Positions 13,191 through 26,440 of a stretch of 64,000 nucleotides of DNA are shown here, piece by piece. The translations under genes and the position numbers were made by a program. The notes below the pieces were generated by a model. The model was not told the DNA's origin and made no database searches. It saw only the letters and a program-made list of their open reading frames with translations. The stretch spans positions 5,456,001-5,520,000 of the forward strand of contig OX597834.1 of NCBI GenBank assembly GCA_951406725.2. Reading direction: 5' to 3'. Numbering within the stretch: the first letter of the stretch is position 1; each line of letters opens with the position of its first letter. This stretch comes from Octopus vulgaris. Taxonomy: Eukaryota.

Positions 13191-13589
13191 GAGTTATTGC
13201 CTTTTGATTATCGTCTCTTTATAACAATCAACAAAACAATGTCATTGCCTCCTCAACAAATATTGATTTCTAGTATAAACACAAGAAAGATTTTGGAATG
13301 AGAATAACCTATAATAGTTGATAAGTACTTTATTTTTATTTACCATTCGTTCTCCAGAAGGATGAGTCATAAATGTTTTTGATCATAAGCCAGCCAATCA
13401 GATATGACTTGAAGCTAAACAACAACATCACAGTCAGAAAACAATCAGCAAAAGTGTGAACCTCTATAGAGCTAAACTATCCGATAGATATAGCAGTCGA
13501 ATTATTCTCAAATGACAACACAGCTTGCGATAAAAAAAAAGTAGTCTTGAGAATATATCCTTAGATATATTGGTTTCAAATATGGCTAG

Positions 13590-14160
13590 TAATTTCGGAG
13601 GAGAGGTGAGGCGATTACATCGACCTCAATACTCAACTGGTACCTATTCGATCGACAGCGAAAGGGATGAAAGGCAAAGTCGATTTCAGCAATTTGAACT
13701 CAGAAGGTGCAGACAGATGAAATATCACTAAGCACTTTGCCCGGTGTGCTAACGACTCTTATTTCTTTACTGCCCACAAGGGGCTACACACAGAGGGGAC
13801 AAACAAGAACAGATAAATGGATTAAGTCGATTATATCGACTCCAGTGCGTAACTGGTACTTATTTAATCGACCCCGAAAGGATGAAAGGCAAAGTCGACC
13901 TCGGCGGAATTTGAACTCAGAACGTAGCGGCAGACGAAATACCTATTTCTTTACTACCCACAGAGGGGCAAACAATGAGAGACAGACGGATTAAGTCTAT
14001 TACATCGACCCTAGTACGTAACTGGTACTTAATTTATCGACCCCGAAAGGATGAAGGGCAAAGTCAACCTCGGTGGATGTGAACTCAGAACGTAACGGCA
14101 GACGAAATACGGCTAAGCATTTCGCCCGACGCGCTAACGTTTATGCCAGCTCGCCGCTTT
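13590..14160 (-). mobile_element. SINE family B dimer adjoining an older family-B-like copy
   Basis: Junction GACGAAATACCTATTTC at about 13933-13949; head at about 14110-14158. Confidence 0.85.
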
Positions 14161-14453
14161 AATATAACCTTAGATCGCCTGAAGAAAAATGGTATGGTCA
14201 GTGCTGCGATACTGCTAATCTTGCTTAAGCATCATGAGAGGAGATGCAAGTAGTAAGTGGGAGCGAATAAAGCAGTCAAACGATGGTGGGAAGCCTAAAG
14301 AATCGCAGACAAAAAGTCGATGAGATACAAATAGACATTCTGGTTTCCTCAAACATGAAACACAAGGAATTAATATTTATATTCATCTCTTGCGATCGTG
14401 TGATACCTCGAAGCCATTTCTTTGTTCTTTTAGATATATTAAATATATTAAAT

Positions 14454-15100
14454 AGGCACAGGCATGGCTGGGTGGTTAAAAGTTCGATTTGCAACCAAGT
14501 AGTATCAGGTTCGTTCCCACTGCACGACACCTTCGGCAAGTGCCTTCTACTATAGCCCCGGGCCGACCAATACCTAGTGAGTGAATTAAATTAATGGAGA
14601 CTGCGTAAGTCCAAAACACACACACGCATACGTATATGTGCGTCATTGTTTTTGTCTGACTCTTCTACATCGCTGGACAACCGGTGTAGGCTTATTTACA
14701 TCCTCGCTATTTAGCGGTTCGGCAAAAGAGACCAAAAGAAGCAGTACCTATTTCTTTACTACCCACAAGGGGCTAAACACAGAGTGAACAAACAAGGACA
14801 GACAAACGGATTAAGTCGATTACATCGACCTCAGTGCATAACTGGTACTTATTTAATCGACCCCGAAAGGATGAAAGGCAAAGTCGACCGCGGCGGAATT
14901 TGAACTCAGAACGTAGCGGCAGACGAAATACTGCTAAGCATTTCGCCCTGCGTGCTAACGTTTCTGCCAGCTGGCCGCCTTATACCAGCTTGAAGAAGTA
15001 CTAGAAGAAGTACCACGCTCAAAACATAATTTCTGAGGTCGATTTGTCCGATGAAACCCTTGAAGGCAGTCTAATGAGAGAAACAAGTAAAATATAAAAG
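14454..15100 (+). mobile_element. Old family A SINE interrupted by a family B copy (14748-14981, minus strand)
   Basis: Family A head and body flank a complete reverse-complement family B monomer. Confidence 0.75.
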
Positions 15101-15190
15101 ATATTGGCGGTTGTCTGCTCTTTCTTTTAATAGTTTTTAGTTATTGAGCTACGACCATGCCTCAGCAATGCATACAACGGTTTCTGCTTA

Positions 15191-15427
15191 TAAGGCGGCG
15201 AGCTGGCAGAAACGTTAGCACGCCGGGTGAAATGCGTAGCCGTATTTCATCTGCCGTTACGTTCTGAGTTCAAATTCCGCCGAGGTCGACTTTGCTTTTC
15301 ATCCTTTCGGGGTCGATAAATTAAGTACCAGTTACGCACTGGGGTCGATATAATCGACTTAATCCGTTTGTCTGTCCTTGTTTGTCCCTTCTGTGTTTGG
15401 CCCCTTGTGGGTAGTAAAGAAATAGGT
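15191..15427 (+). mobile_element. SINE family B monomer
   Basis: GGCGGCGAGCTGGCAG...GAGTTCAAATTCC (B box)...GTAAAGAAATAGG. Confidence 0.9.
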
Positions 15428-15760
15428 TTCTGTTTAGTTCTACTAAGCTCAGTACTTCCTTTACACTGTTCATTATGTAGTCAATCTCTATTGAATTATT
15501 CAGTAAATTTAACATAAATGTAAGCAAATCTACGCCATTCATTGTATTATATATTGGATATTTCTGCAGAGATTCCATCACATGTTCAGCAACTGTACTA
15601 AACGTATGATTACTAAATCTAAGGTTGCAATAAAAGTTACCGTGCGGAGAGGTTAAATTCAGAACCACATAAGTAGGAAGCAAGCTTTTAGCCACTTGGT
15701 TATGTCAACAAACCTGTTTGTCTTAATTTCTAACGTTTTATTTTGTTGTATAACTTATAA

Positions 15761-16154
15761 TCTTTATATATAAAAGTGAAGTTGTGTGTCTGACTCCTAC
15801 GATTTAGATTCCTAACTACTCCCACATTTTGCGGTGCAGTTTAACCAAAACCGGGTATCTTATAGTCGTGATTCATATCGAGCCCTTCTGGGTATTAGCG
15901 CGCGTCTACCATGAGTCTACGATTTAAAAAAAAATTTACCATTAATTTTTCCCATTTTTAATGCATCTTATTGCTATTATATAAGGGAAGTAACTCTCTA
16001 AAAATGTATTATTAAATCTCAGAACCTAAAAAGCTACAGTAACACCCCCTTTGTGGTTATCCATATTGAGATGGCTATTATACTTTACATCTCTAAAAAT
16101 GCTTATATAGTTATTTCCCTTACTAACCCGAGCAACGCCGGACGATACTGCTAG
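15761..16154 (+). mobile_element. Non-autonomous Helitron
   Basis: 5' A|TCTTTATATATAAAAG; 3' CCCGAGCAACGCCGG hairpin followed by CTGCTAG; no TSD. Confidence 0.75.
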
Positions 16155-16490
16155 CTCTAAATAAATAAATTCAATCTGAATTAGAAACAGCGCTGGCGCT
16201 GTAACTGTTATCGAACACACGTGCTGAATGCATAATTTGCTTGTTCATGGGTAGGCTGCGAAGTAGCGCGTTGGAGATGACTCCCTCAAACCGTCGGGTG
16301 TTAAAACACCTAGAAGCCATAGACAAGCGAGACTATTCAACCCCAAATCACATTCAGCAGTGATGGACATAGATATTTCGCCATTTTGTGGCATATCAGC
16401 ATCACTTACCTGAACCGTATCGGAGGTGAACTGAGTCGCCACTTCCTCACTATATACAAATTACATAACAAACCATTTGCTAGTATACCA

Positions 16491-16882
16491 GGCGCAGGAG
16501 TGGCTGTGTGGTAAGTAGCTTGCTAACCAACCACATGGCTCCGGGTTCAGTCCCACTGCGTGGCATCTTGGGCAAGTGTCTTCTGCTATAGCCCCGGGCC
16601 GACCAGTGCCTTGTGAGTGGATTTGGTAGACGGAAACTGAAAGAAGCCTGTCGTATATATGTATATATATGTATATATATGTGTGTGTCTATGTTTGTCT
16701 GTATATGGTGGTGTGTTTACGTCCCCGTCACTTAGCGGTTCGGCAAAAGAGACCGATAGAATAAGTACTGGGCTTACAAAGAATAAGTCCCGGGGTCGAT
16801 TTGCTCGACTAAAAAAGGCGGTGCCCCAGCATGGCCGCAGTCAAATGACTGAAACAAGTAAAAAGAGTAAAAAGAGTAAAGA
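16491..16882 (+). mobile_element. SINE family A
   Basis: Full head GGCGCAGGAGTGGCTGTGTGG through AAAAGAGT tail. Confidence 0.9.
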
Positions 16883-17506
16883 ATACCCCCGACGATTTGA
16901 ACGTTAAAATGAATTCAAATATGAATTCGAAGAAACACTAGTGTCGTAACCATTATTGAACACATAAATAAATATAAATCATATCTTATAATTCTAAAAT
17001 ACAAACATTTGAAGAGAATTTGATTGTTGAACAGAAATGAAACTGGTTCTTTAGAGGAAATCCATAAATTCAACATTGTAGATTGCAAATAAATTACGAA
17101 AAGTTTTTGGTATTTTTAAATAAATGTTTAATCGATCAGATTTCTAGTAAAAGTCAGAACGGAGAAATAAAAATAAAAAAATACAAAAAACAGGTAAATT
17201 TTTAGTTGGAAATAATTTCTACAAAAACAGATTTTAAAAAATCTTTTATCTTTTACTTGCCTCACACATTGGGCTGCGGCCATGTTGGGGCGCAACCTTG
17301 AAGGGTATACTGGAAAAAAAATGAGCCCAGGACTTGTGCCATAGCTCTCCTTTGGCAAACTGTTATGGTCCGGGGACATAAACAAACCAACACCGGCTCT
17401 CATTGATGCCGTGGGGTAGACCAAATACAAACTCAAAGACCTCATCCCCTCTCTGTCTGTTTGTCTGTTTGATTGTCTGTCTGTCTGTCTCTCTCTCTAT
17501 ATATAT

Positions 17507-17540
17507 ATTGGGTCATCCCATAAATAATGCGGTTTTTTCA
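17507..17540 (+). mobile_element. Possible Tc1/mariner TIR remnant
   Basis: TA-TTGGGTCATCCCATAAATAATGCGG resembles mariner termini; no second TIR seen. Confidence 0.35.
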
Positions 17541-17621
17541 TGCAGTGAATTTTAGGGCTTATAAATCTAATATTTTTCTATCCTTCCTATAAGCCCTAAA
17601 ATTCACTCCATAATTGCCCAC

Positions 17622-17750
17622 GGGCATATGGTGTAGTGGTTAAGAGCGCGGGCAACTAACCCCAAGATTCCGAGTTCGATTCCAAGCAGTGACGTGAATA
17701 ATAATAATAATAAGAAGAAGAAGAAGAAGAATAACATCGAAAAATGCCTT
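17622..17750 (+). mobile_element. tRNA-derived SINE 5' fragment of a fourth family
   Basis: A box TGGTGTAGTGG, B box GAGTTCGATTCC, then (AAT)n(AAG)n. Confidence 0.65.
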
Positions 17751-17753
17751 ATT

Positions 17754-17795
17754 CACCTGATGAAGGCTGGAGGGTATACCAGCCGAAACGTTGTG
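17754..17795 (+). ncRNA. Minimal type I hammerhead motif
   Basis: CAC-CUGAUGA-A-GGCUGG...CCAGCC-GAAAC-GUU-GUG; palindromic AACGUU in place of stem III. Confidence 0.8.
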
Positions 17796-19199
17796 TTAAC
17801 AACAAACAAGATGAGGACAAATATCCGTCAAATGTAAATAATGTAAAACAAAGATCTCTTTTAATCTAAAATATATTCTGCCAGCTCACTGCCTTGTGAT
17901 CTTAGAATATTGACGCGTTCTTTTTTTAACCAGCACATCATTTTCATCATTCTATTATTTATGTTAGGGATTTCGTGTCGCTCTGCACACACGTGAATCT
18001 CGAACCATCCAGTGGGGAAGCTATTCTGTGTGCGTTTCGCTTGCGATTTGTGCTGAATTCATTTTATTTGTGTTCTTTTACTGTTTTGCTTTCCACTTCG
18101 CTCTCTCATCTCTTCCCATTGCCAGTTTACTTCCCACCGTTATTAGAAGATATTTTGTTACTACGATTTGAAAACCTTCATCATTAACATCTGTAACCAG
18201 GGATAAGGTAATTTTGAGGAGCCATTCTTGGAAATGCAGCTGTGGTGAGTTCTAAAATGCAATCACTGGAACCTGCTCTTTTTAACGCTGTCTCTCCTGT
18301 TCTCTCCTTTTCCGTTTTTCGATTTCTTTAATTAAAATGCTTTCTCATGTTTACCATCGCCTATTTAACATAGGCGATAGATCAAGACTACCACCTCCAC
18401 AATGCTGTGCTAGGACACATTTGATCGCAGTATCATGAAGCAGAACTGAACCCAAAGCTACGCAGTTCCAGTTATTCAACTTTAAATGTAACTGTTCATA
18501 GCAATGTTTGTGATTAGTTATATTTAAAGTTAGATGAGGAGTGGACCATTTCTTGTGTACAAGCAGTTCGCACTGCAACTGACAAGACACAAACTATTGG
18601 CCCCAGGCACTTCGCTATTTGCTATGTTATCTTAGAGTTTTAGTCATACACAAGAAATTTCTTAGAATCTTAGAATATCCGTATGCAGTAAGAAAATATG
18701 TATACGAGCACTGCAGTGGATAAGAACGGATGCAGGCATCACTATGTTTTTAAAGATTGGCGCAGGAATGATTTAGTGGTTAGAAGAAATGCTTTTCTTT
18801 TCATCTCTGCCGTTTCGAGTTCGATCTCACTGAGGGACACCTGTTGCGAATGCCATCTACCAAAACCTTGTAAGTCACATTTAATATACAGCAAAAGATG
18901 TGCAAGATTGTTTCTCTTCTTGCCTCTACCAGGTTTAATCAGTTTCCCTGGTTGGCGCCAACACCTGAACATAAATTACCTTTTGTGGATACACTCTGTT
19001 GCAAGCAATCAATCAAGTTATCCTGTAAGAAAACAAGTTGTTACATTTCTCCCACTGTTTTCAAAAGACTGCCATGTGTGTGTCTGTATGTGTGGGTGTG
19101 GTCGAGGGATGAGACCTGACCATCCCGCTTTAAATTATTTGTAAAACTAAAAAAAATATAATAAATCTCTGAACGAGATATAAACAGTAACCGCTCGAC

Positions 19200-19529
19200 A
19201 ACGTAAGGTGTATTAGCCATCTGAATATGGCTAGCTACTGGGGGTGGGGTGTTACTGATGCTTTTAGCTCCAGGCGATCAACGTCACCAGATGGACTTTA
19301 GACACAATCTCAGTGCCCTTGTGTTATTTGCAAAGGGAGGTCATCCTCCCTCGAAAACCTAAGTACTACATACGGACTATAGTTTCAAGGTAATTGCCTC
19401 TCGTCAACAAGGGCACTGAGATTGTGTCTAAAGTCCATCTGGTGACGTTGATCGCCTGGGGCTAAAAGCATCAGTAACACCCCACCCCCAGTGGCTAGCC
19501 ACATTCAGATGGCTAGTACACCTTACGTT
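19200..19529. repeat. Foldback with 123-bp arms and 84-bp spacer
   Basis: 19200-19322 is the reverse complement of 19407-19529 with 4 substitutions seen. Confidence 0.95.
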
Positions 19530-19654
19530 AAAAAAAATTCTTTTGCGGAAAGAGGAATATACGTTCTCAACTGAATAGGATTAATTAAAAAAATAAATTG
19601 ATATTTATAACTAGTAACATCACTCGAACTTGTTGCGTTTATACTCTGAAGACA

Positions 19655-19960
19655 AGGCACGTGGTTTAGTGGTTAGGGCATTCGGCTCACGATCATAAGG
19701 TTGCGAGATAGATTCTCGGCGGCGCGTTGTGTCCTTGAGCAAGACACTTTATTTCACATCGCTGCAGTCCACTCAACAAGCAAAAATGAATAGTATACAA
19801 TATTTTAAAGGACCAGCCTTGTCACATATTGTGTCACGCTGAATCTCCCTGAGAACCACGTTAAGGGGAGTGCTCAGCCACTTGCGCCGTAATTTCAGGA
19901 TCAATTTGTTCTCTTGATCGAATCACCAAAATCCCTACTCGTCGTAACCGACGGAGTGCT
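19655..19960 (+). mobile_element. Old tRNA/CORE-like SINE sharing its tail with family C
   Basis: GTCCTTGAGCAAGACAC core; tail CTCGTCGTAACCGACGGAGTGC. Confidence 0.7.
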
Positions 19961-20124
19961 AGTATACAGAGTATTAGAAAATATCATATAGCCCATGGCC
20001 TTCTTAAAATGTTGTGCCTTTTGCACAAAGTCAGTTATCAACTCGGGAAACTGTGACATAGAGCATGAAGCATAAATACATTATATTTTCGCACAGTAAA
20101 AAAAAAACAAGATAAATACAGGAC

Positions 20125-20434
20125 GTGGAGGCACATGACCTAGTGGTTAGAGCTGCAGACTCATGGTCGAGGGATCGCGGGTTCAAATCTCGGACCGGGT
20201 GATGTGTGGGTGTTTATGAGCAAAGCACCTAAGCACCACGCGGCTCTGGCACAAGGTAATGGCGAACTTCTGCTGACGTTTTCGCCATAAATTTCTCTCA
20301 CTCTTTCCTCCTGCATCTAGCAGCTCACCTACGATGGACCGCCGTCCCGTCCAGGTGAGGAACCTATACGCCAATGGAACCGGGAAACCGGCCCTTCGGA
20401 GGCAGGCATAGCTTGAGAAGGAACAAACAACAAC
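20125..20434 (+). mobile_element. SINE family C, tail type 2 (CAA-rich)
   Basis: tRNA-like head GGAGGCACATGACCTAGTGG; TSD AAATACAGG at 20114-20122 and 20435-20443. Confidence 0.85.
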
Positions 20435-20631
20435 AAATACAGGGCAGAATGAATATATTAAAATAGATTTTGTTCATTTTATTTTAATCAGATAAATAAT
20501 TACCCTATGAATAATTTTTGTGTGTGCGTGTGTATGTAGTTATGTACCCAATACCTACAATATATTTTTTTTAGATCATTTCTACTGAATTCGTAGCCCT
20601 ACGGAAATAGTTTTCGTTATACTAGCAATGC

Positions 20632-21003
20632 AGGCGCAGGCTTGGTTGTGTAGTAAGAAGCTTGCTTCCCAAACACGTGGTTCAAGGTTCAGTACTAAAC
20701 CTCGTACCGACCAAAGACTTGGGAGTTGATACAGTGGACGGAAACTGAAAGAAGCTTGTCCTATATGTATTTGTATATATCTATATCTATGTGTCTTGGT
20801 GTCTGTGTTTTCCATCACCGCCATGTGACAACGATTGCCGGTGTGTTTACATCCTCGTAACCTAGCAGTTCGGCAAAAGATACAGATAGAATAAATACCA
20901 GGCTTAAAACAATATATATACTGGTGTTGATACTTTCGACTAAAAATTCTTGAAGAAATTCTTAGCAGCAGACTAATGGGTGAAACACGTAAAAGATAAA
21001 AGA
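20632..21003 (+). mobile_element. Diverged SINE family A
   Basis: Recognisable head, GGAAACTGAAAGAAGC segment and tail. Confidence 0.7.
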
Positions 21004-21788
21004 TCCACACTGACTTAGCAATGAAAATTCATTTATTAATAGATAAAGGAAAAAGTTTGGCAGCTGTTAGTGGGAATCTGGCTAAATAGAACTCTTCATC
21101 TCGAACACACCATCATGAGAAACACAGTCCAGTTTGTTACAACTTTACACACAAAACGTATCCAAGATTTGTTCTAGCCTGAGCCCTTACAGTTAGTCTG
21201 CTCGGGTTTCTCCTGTCGTCAAGGGGCTGCAACTTGCATGTCGTAGCTTCCGACACCACCACTGACTAAAATATTTCTTTAAAAACTGAAATTATTTGTT
21301 GTCCTCCATAACCAAAATTGTGTGACTGAAAAAAATCTATATCAATTTAGAAAATATTTTCTTGCCTGGTTATAGCACAAACACCTATTCTATAGATTAT
21401 GAATAAGAGTAAGATTATTTTCAGCTATTTTCATTTCTGTAGGCAAATTTTTTTCTTTGGGAACCAAACTATGACAACAATCTCACGCTACCAAACAGCC
21501 AACGGCACATAAACAAGGAAATGCTATTTCAATGTCTTTTATTGACGTCTAATTTTCTAAATTCATTTGTACTGCTGACTTGGTGTGATTTAGTAAGGTC
21601 AGTATTAGCACTAATGAATATCATGTTCCATATTCTATATACCAATTTTTATGCTAATAAATTAATGCGTATTAGCTGGAATTAATTCTGAAACATGCAA
21701 TGGAAGTCAATCTATTCATTTTGAAAATTGACAATTAATATATTTGTTTGCGTGTATGCGTTTGGGATGTGTGTATGTGCACACGTAT

Positions 21789-22168
21789 TATGGCCCAATG
21801 GTTAGGGCAGCGGACTCGCGGTCATAGGATCGCGGTTTCGATTCCCAGACCGGGCGTTGTTAGTGTTTATTGAGCGAAAACACCTAAAGCTCCACGAGGC
21901 TCCGGCAGGGGATGGTGGTGATCCCTGCTGTACTCTTTCACCACAACTTTCTCTCACTCTTACTTCCTGTTTCTGTTGTACCTGTGTTTCAAAGGGCTGG
22001 CCTTGTCACTCTCTGTGTCACGCTGAATATCCCCGAGAACTACGTTAAGGGTACACGTGTCTGTGGAGTGCTCAGCCACTTACACGTTAATTTCACGAGC
22101 AGGCTGTTCCGTTGATTCGGATCAACCGGAACCCTCGTCGTCGTAACCGACTGAGTGCTTCCATTCCA
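21789..22168 (+). mobile_element. SINE family C, tail type 1
   Basis: Matches the reverse complement of 30411-30797. Confidence 0.85.
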
Positions 22169-22361
22169 TATGTACATATACAACACACGCGGTCATGCAC
22201 ACCTATAAAGCTACATAACGATCAATATGTATCTGTGTGTGCTTTTGCATACATATGTATATTTACAAACACATTTTTGTCACGCATTGCATTTTAACAT
22301 TTTGATTATGCACATACACAATAAAGACAAAAACAAAGTTCTATAGATTTGTGGGTTCTAG

Positions 22362-22368
<7 letters not shown>

Positions 22369-22460
<92 letters not shown>

Positions 22461-22462
22461 TC

Positions 22463-22517
<55 letters not shown>
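22369..22517. repeat. (TA)n/(GATA)n microsatellite
   Basis: Visible directly. Confidence 0.95.
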
Positions 22518-22518
<1 letters not shown>

Positions 22519-22528
22519 TTAAGACAGT

Positions 22529-22930
22529 GAGTTGGCAGGATCCTTAGCACGCCGGGTTAAATGCTTAGCGGTATTTCGTCTGCCGCTACGTTCTGAGTTC
22601 AAATTCCGCCGAGGTCCACTTTGCCTGTCATCCTTTCGGGGTCGATTAAATAAGTACCAGTTACGCACTGGGGTCGATATAATCGACTTAATCCGTTTGT
22701 CTGTCCTTGTTTGTCCTCTATGTGTTTAGCCCCTTGTGGGTAGTAAAGAAATAGGTTCGTTAGCACGCTGGGCAAAATACCTGGCAACATTTTTCTATCT
22801 TTACGTTCTGAACTCCAATTCCGCGGCGGTCGATGTTGCCTTCAATCCTTTCGGGGTCGATAAGATAACTACCAGGTGAATACTGGGATCGCTGTAATCA
22901 ACTTTCTCCGCCTCTGAATTTGCTGGCTTT
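22529..22930 (+). mobile_element. Family B monomer followed by an older family-B-like copy
   Basis: Body matches 15191-15427. Confidence 0.8.
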
Positions 22931-23724
22931 GCATCAACATTAATTTGTATGTGTGTGTGTCTCTGTGTGTGCGTTCGTGTGTATGACTAAATTTAATGCG
23001 GTTAAATTCGTTGAAAATGAGAAGTGCTCCGCTGCGATCCCGCTTTTCAACTGATCGTTCATTGCGCAGTATTATATTAATAATGTTACCATCACCCCAT
23101 GGTATTATAATATCAGCTTTATTAAACTAATCTATATTGCTAGCTGCAACATATGCCGAATAATCTTTATTGGTCCTCTACTTCCTCACCCACTAGTTAA
23201 CATCCAGAACTTTGCTTGCGTCCAACACGTGGAACATGAAAGAACTTAGCTTCACTGGTACCATTATGTCGCGCTTGCAGATGGTCATTTAATTGCCCAA
23301 ACGCTAAGCCCTAGATCACGGATTAATCCATGTTATAGTATGATTGCGTTTATGAGGAAATGAATGTTGGAATATGTACCATATTGTTCACAAAGATCTA
23401 AAACCAAGACCTGTTGCTACTTGTTTGGAATTTCCGTCCCCCAGTAAAACTATCCAATCGGATATGTAAATTTTTCCTGGATACAGCACTGAACTGAACA
23501 CAGAAAGGCTTTCTTTGTCTTCGTGGAGACCGGTCAAAGTAGAAGCAGAGGCACCTAGAGGACCGTCAAGTCTACATCCGCGTGCAGAGTTTTAAATTTT
23601 AAAGGACCGGAAAACCAACACTATCTATGTAGTGCATGTTTCAGGCCTACATTATGGTTGTCCACTTTTGACCAAGGCAGACCAACTCTGACCATTGCGC
23701 ACTCAAATGAATTTATACTTTATT

Positions 23725-23957
23725 TATTTCTTTAGTACCCACAAGGGGCTAAACACAGAGGGGACAAACAAGGACAGACAAACGGATTAAGTCGATTACA
23801 TCGACCCCAGTGCGTAACTGGTACTTAATTTATCGACCCCGAAAGGATGAAAAGCAAAGTCGACCTCGGCAGAATTTGAACTCAGAACGTAACGGCAGAC
23901 GAAATACGGCTACGCATTTCGCCCGGCGTGCTAACGATTCTGCCAGCTCGCCGCCTT
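23725..23957 (-). mobile_element. SINE family B monomer with 13-bp TSD
   Basis: TTTATACTTTATT at 23712-23724 and 23958-23970. Confidence 0.9.
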
Positions 23958-24581
23958 TTTATACTTTATTCTTGTGGCTTCGCTGGTGTCTAATGATCCG
24001 AGTTCTTCACAAACGTTCAGGTCCACCGATATTGCAGACCAGGTACCTTCCTCCATTTACTACACAAGTGATTCATTGTGGGGAATCTTGTTTAAAATCT
24101 GCATAAAAAATTCGTGTTTTGTCGAAAATATCCTCCCCTGCTTTTACTTGTTTCATCCACTGATGGTGATGACAAGCATTGACTTCACATGCCATATTTT
24201 AAAGGCCTTCCACAAGGACTTTACACTTTTGTGCATCAGAATTATTTCCCATTGTTAATTTTAACGTAATTTATGCAAATTACGTGTGTCATAATCTTTC
24301 ACGTGAATTGCAGGTTTAGATAAACTACCCTAACCGTATGATGACTAACAGACAAAACCGTGTTGCTCCCCGATTCTAACAAAGACCAGGCATTAGGTTA
24401 AGTAACGTGAGACATTTTGTTGCAATTTCTTGATATTATACCATCTTTTTATTAAAAGTCACTAATAATTATCACCATATATTTGTTTCATTTCTTCAAC
24501 TAAGAAAGAAAATCGAATTAAGACTATTTTTGCCGTACAGCTTTCTGTAAATTCCCATTTACCCTGCGTATGCATATAATC

Positions 24582-24651
<70 letters not shown>

Positions 24652-24818
24652 ATGTATACACACACATATATAGCTAGAGAGATAATTATAATTGTGTGTG
24701 TGTGCGTATATGTGTAGACATATACATGTATGTTTTTATCTTTCTATATATGCAGTATAGTATATGTGTGGATGTGTGCATGTATGTGAATGATTATGCG
24801 TTATTATATGTGTATATG

Positions 24819-24850
<32 letters not shown>

Positions 24851-25435
24851 GACGTATATACATGCATATCATATAAATGCATGCGTGCATACATACCAAC
24901 ATATATACATCTAGAGTCAGACATCCAGAGACAGAGTTAAACATATGCAAATATGTGTTTGTATGATTCGGTCTTTTCCTGTGAGACATATTTTCATTGT
25001 ATTTTATGGTCATAAATACATGAGAAATAAATGAGTTGCTACATAAAAGAAGTCTTAACGGCACTAATACTGCCCACCTAAACAACATTAAGTTTGCTAA
25101 CAGAGCCATGACTTTTCAACAAATTCTAAAACATTGTATAAATCGAAGCAATTAGATTTTTTTTCTTCCAAGCCTACATTTGTTGCTATATTCACAACTA
25201 GGTATTTACACAGACACGCATTCGTTCCCACAGACACACTCCTGGACACATCTAGAGACATACGCATCATACCCATAAAGAGACAAACATTTATTTTCAG
25301 ATATTGTCTTCTTGTTACGTTTTGTTATGACGTCTGATTCTTACTTTGGGTTTATTGACTGGAACAATTTTGTTAACTTCCTATAACATTTTGATATAGA
25401 AACTGCATTAAATTACACCAACTCTGTCAATTATC

Positions 25436-25495
25436 AATCTATCTATCTATCTATGTATCTATCTATCTATTTATATGTATGTATATATTCGTATA

Positions 25496-25543
<48 letters not shown>

Positions 25544-25579
25544 AGCATGTATATATATATATATATGTATGTGTATATT

Positions 25580-25610
<31 letters not shown>

Positions 25611-25653
25611 ATATATATATATACATATATGTATATATATATATATACATACA

Positions 25654-25698
<45 letters not shown>

Positions 25699-25925
25699 AT
25701 ACATATATGTATATATATATATATATAGTATATATATATATATATATATATACACTTATATACATATATATATATATATGTACATACATACATACACATA
25801 CATATATACATGTATATATGCGTATACACACACATACACAAACACACACACACACGCACATATATATATATATATATTTACATACTTTTATGCGTGTGTG
25901 TGTGTGTGTTTGTGTTTGTATATAT
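25436..25925. repeat. Compound (TA)n/(TACA)n/(CA)n microsatellite
   Basis: Visible directly. Confidence 0.95.
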
Positions 25926-26258
25926 ACGATATATGTAGAGAGCTAAATATATGTAGAGAGCTAAATAGATGGAGAGATATGTGCATAAGGTGGCGGGGGG
26001 TGTAGGTCTGAATTCGCAGACGAGGTGAACAGAGCCAATCTATTCTGTAGAATGTAATAATTTATTGTAATGCTGAGATTCCTCTCTGTTACTATTCAAA
26101 GCTGTGCCAGTGACGCTGTTCGTGTAGAGACTAGCGTTTAACCGTTAAATCTCTATTTTTCTGACTATACACACACGCATGCATGCATGCATATATATAT
26201 ATATATTTTTTCACACATTTTATTCTCTCCTTTTTTGTCTCCTTGTTTTTTCTGTGTC

Positions 26259-26296
26259 TCTTTCTGTAGAAGAGCGTAGGCTCGAAACGTAAAAGA
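26259..26296 (+). ncRNA. Minimal hammerhead-like motif with variant core CUGUAGA, within a ~180-bp module (26207-26387)
   Basis: UCUUU-CUGUAGA-A-GAGC-GUAG-GCUC-GAAAC-GUA-AAAGA. Confidence 0.6.
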
Positions 26297-26386
26297 CCTT
26301 TTCTATTCCTGAGCGTTATACTAATACATCTGTTTGTTTTGTACACCACCTGTCTTCGTCTTTTGTTTTTTTCGTAAACTCTCCCC

Positions 26387-26440
<54 letters not shown>

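Noticed and set aside
24337-24435. C/D snoRNA (ATGATGA box)
   Set aside because: No matching D box with a terminal stem was found.
25453-26005. Long YIYI/HTHT ORFs here and elsewhere
   Set aside because: They are translations of (TA)n/(CA)n microsatellites.
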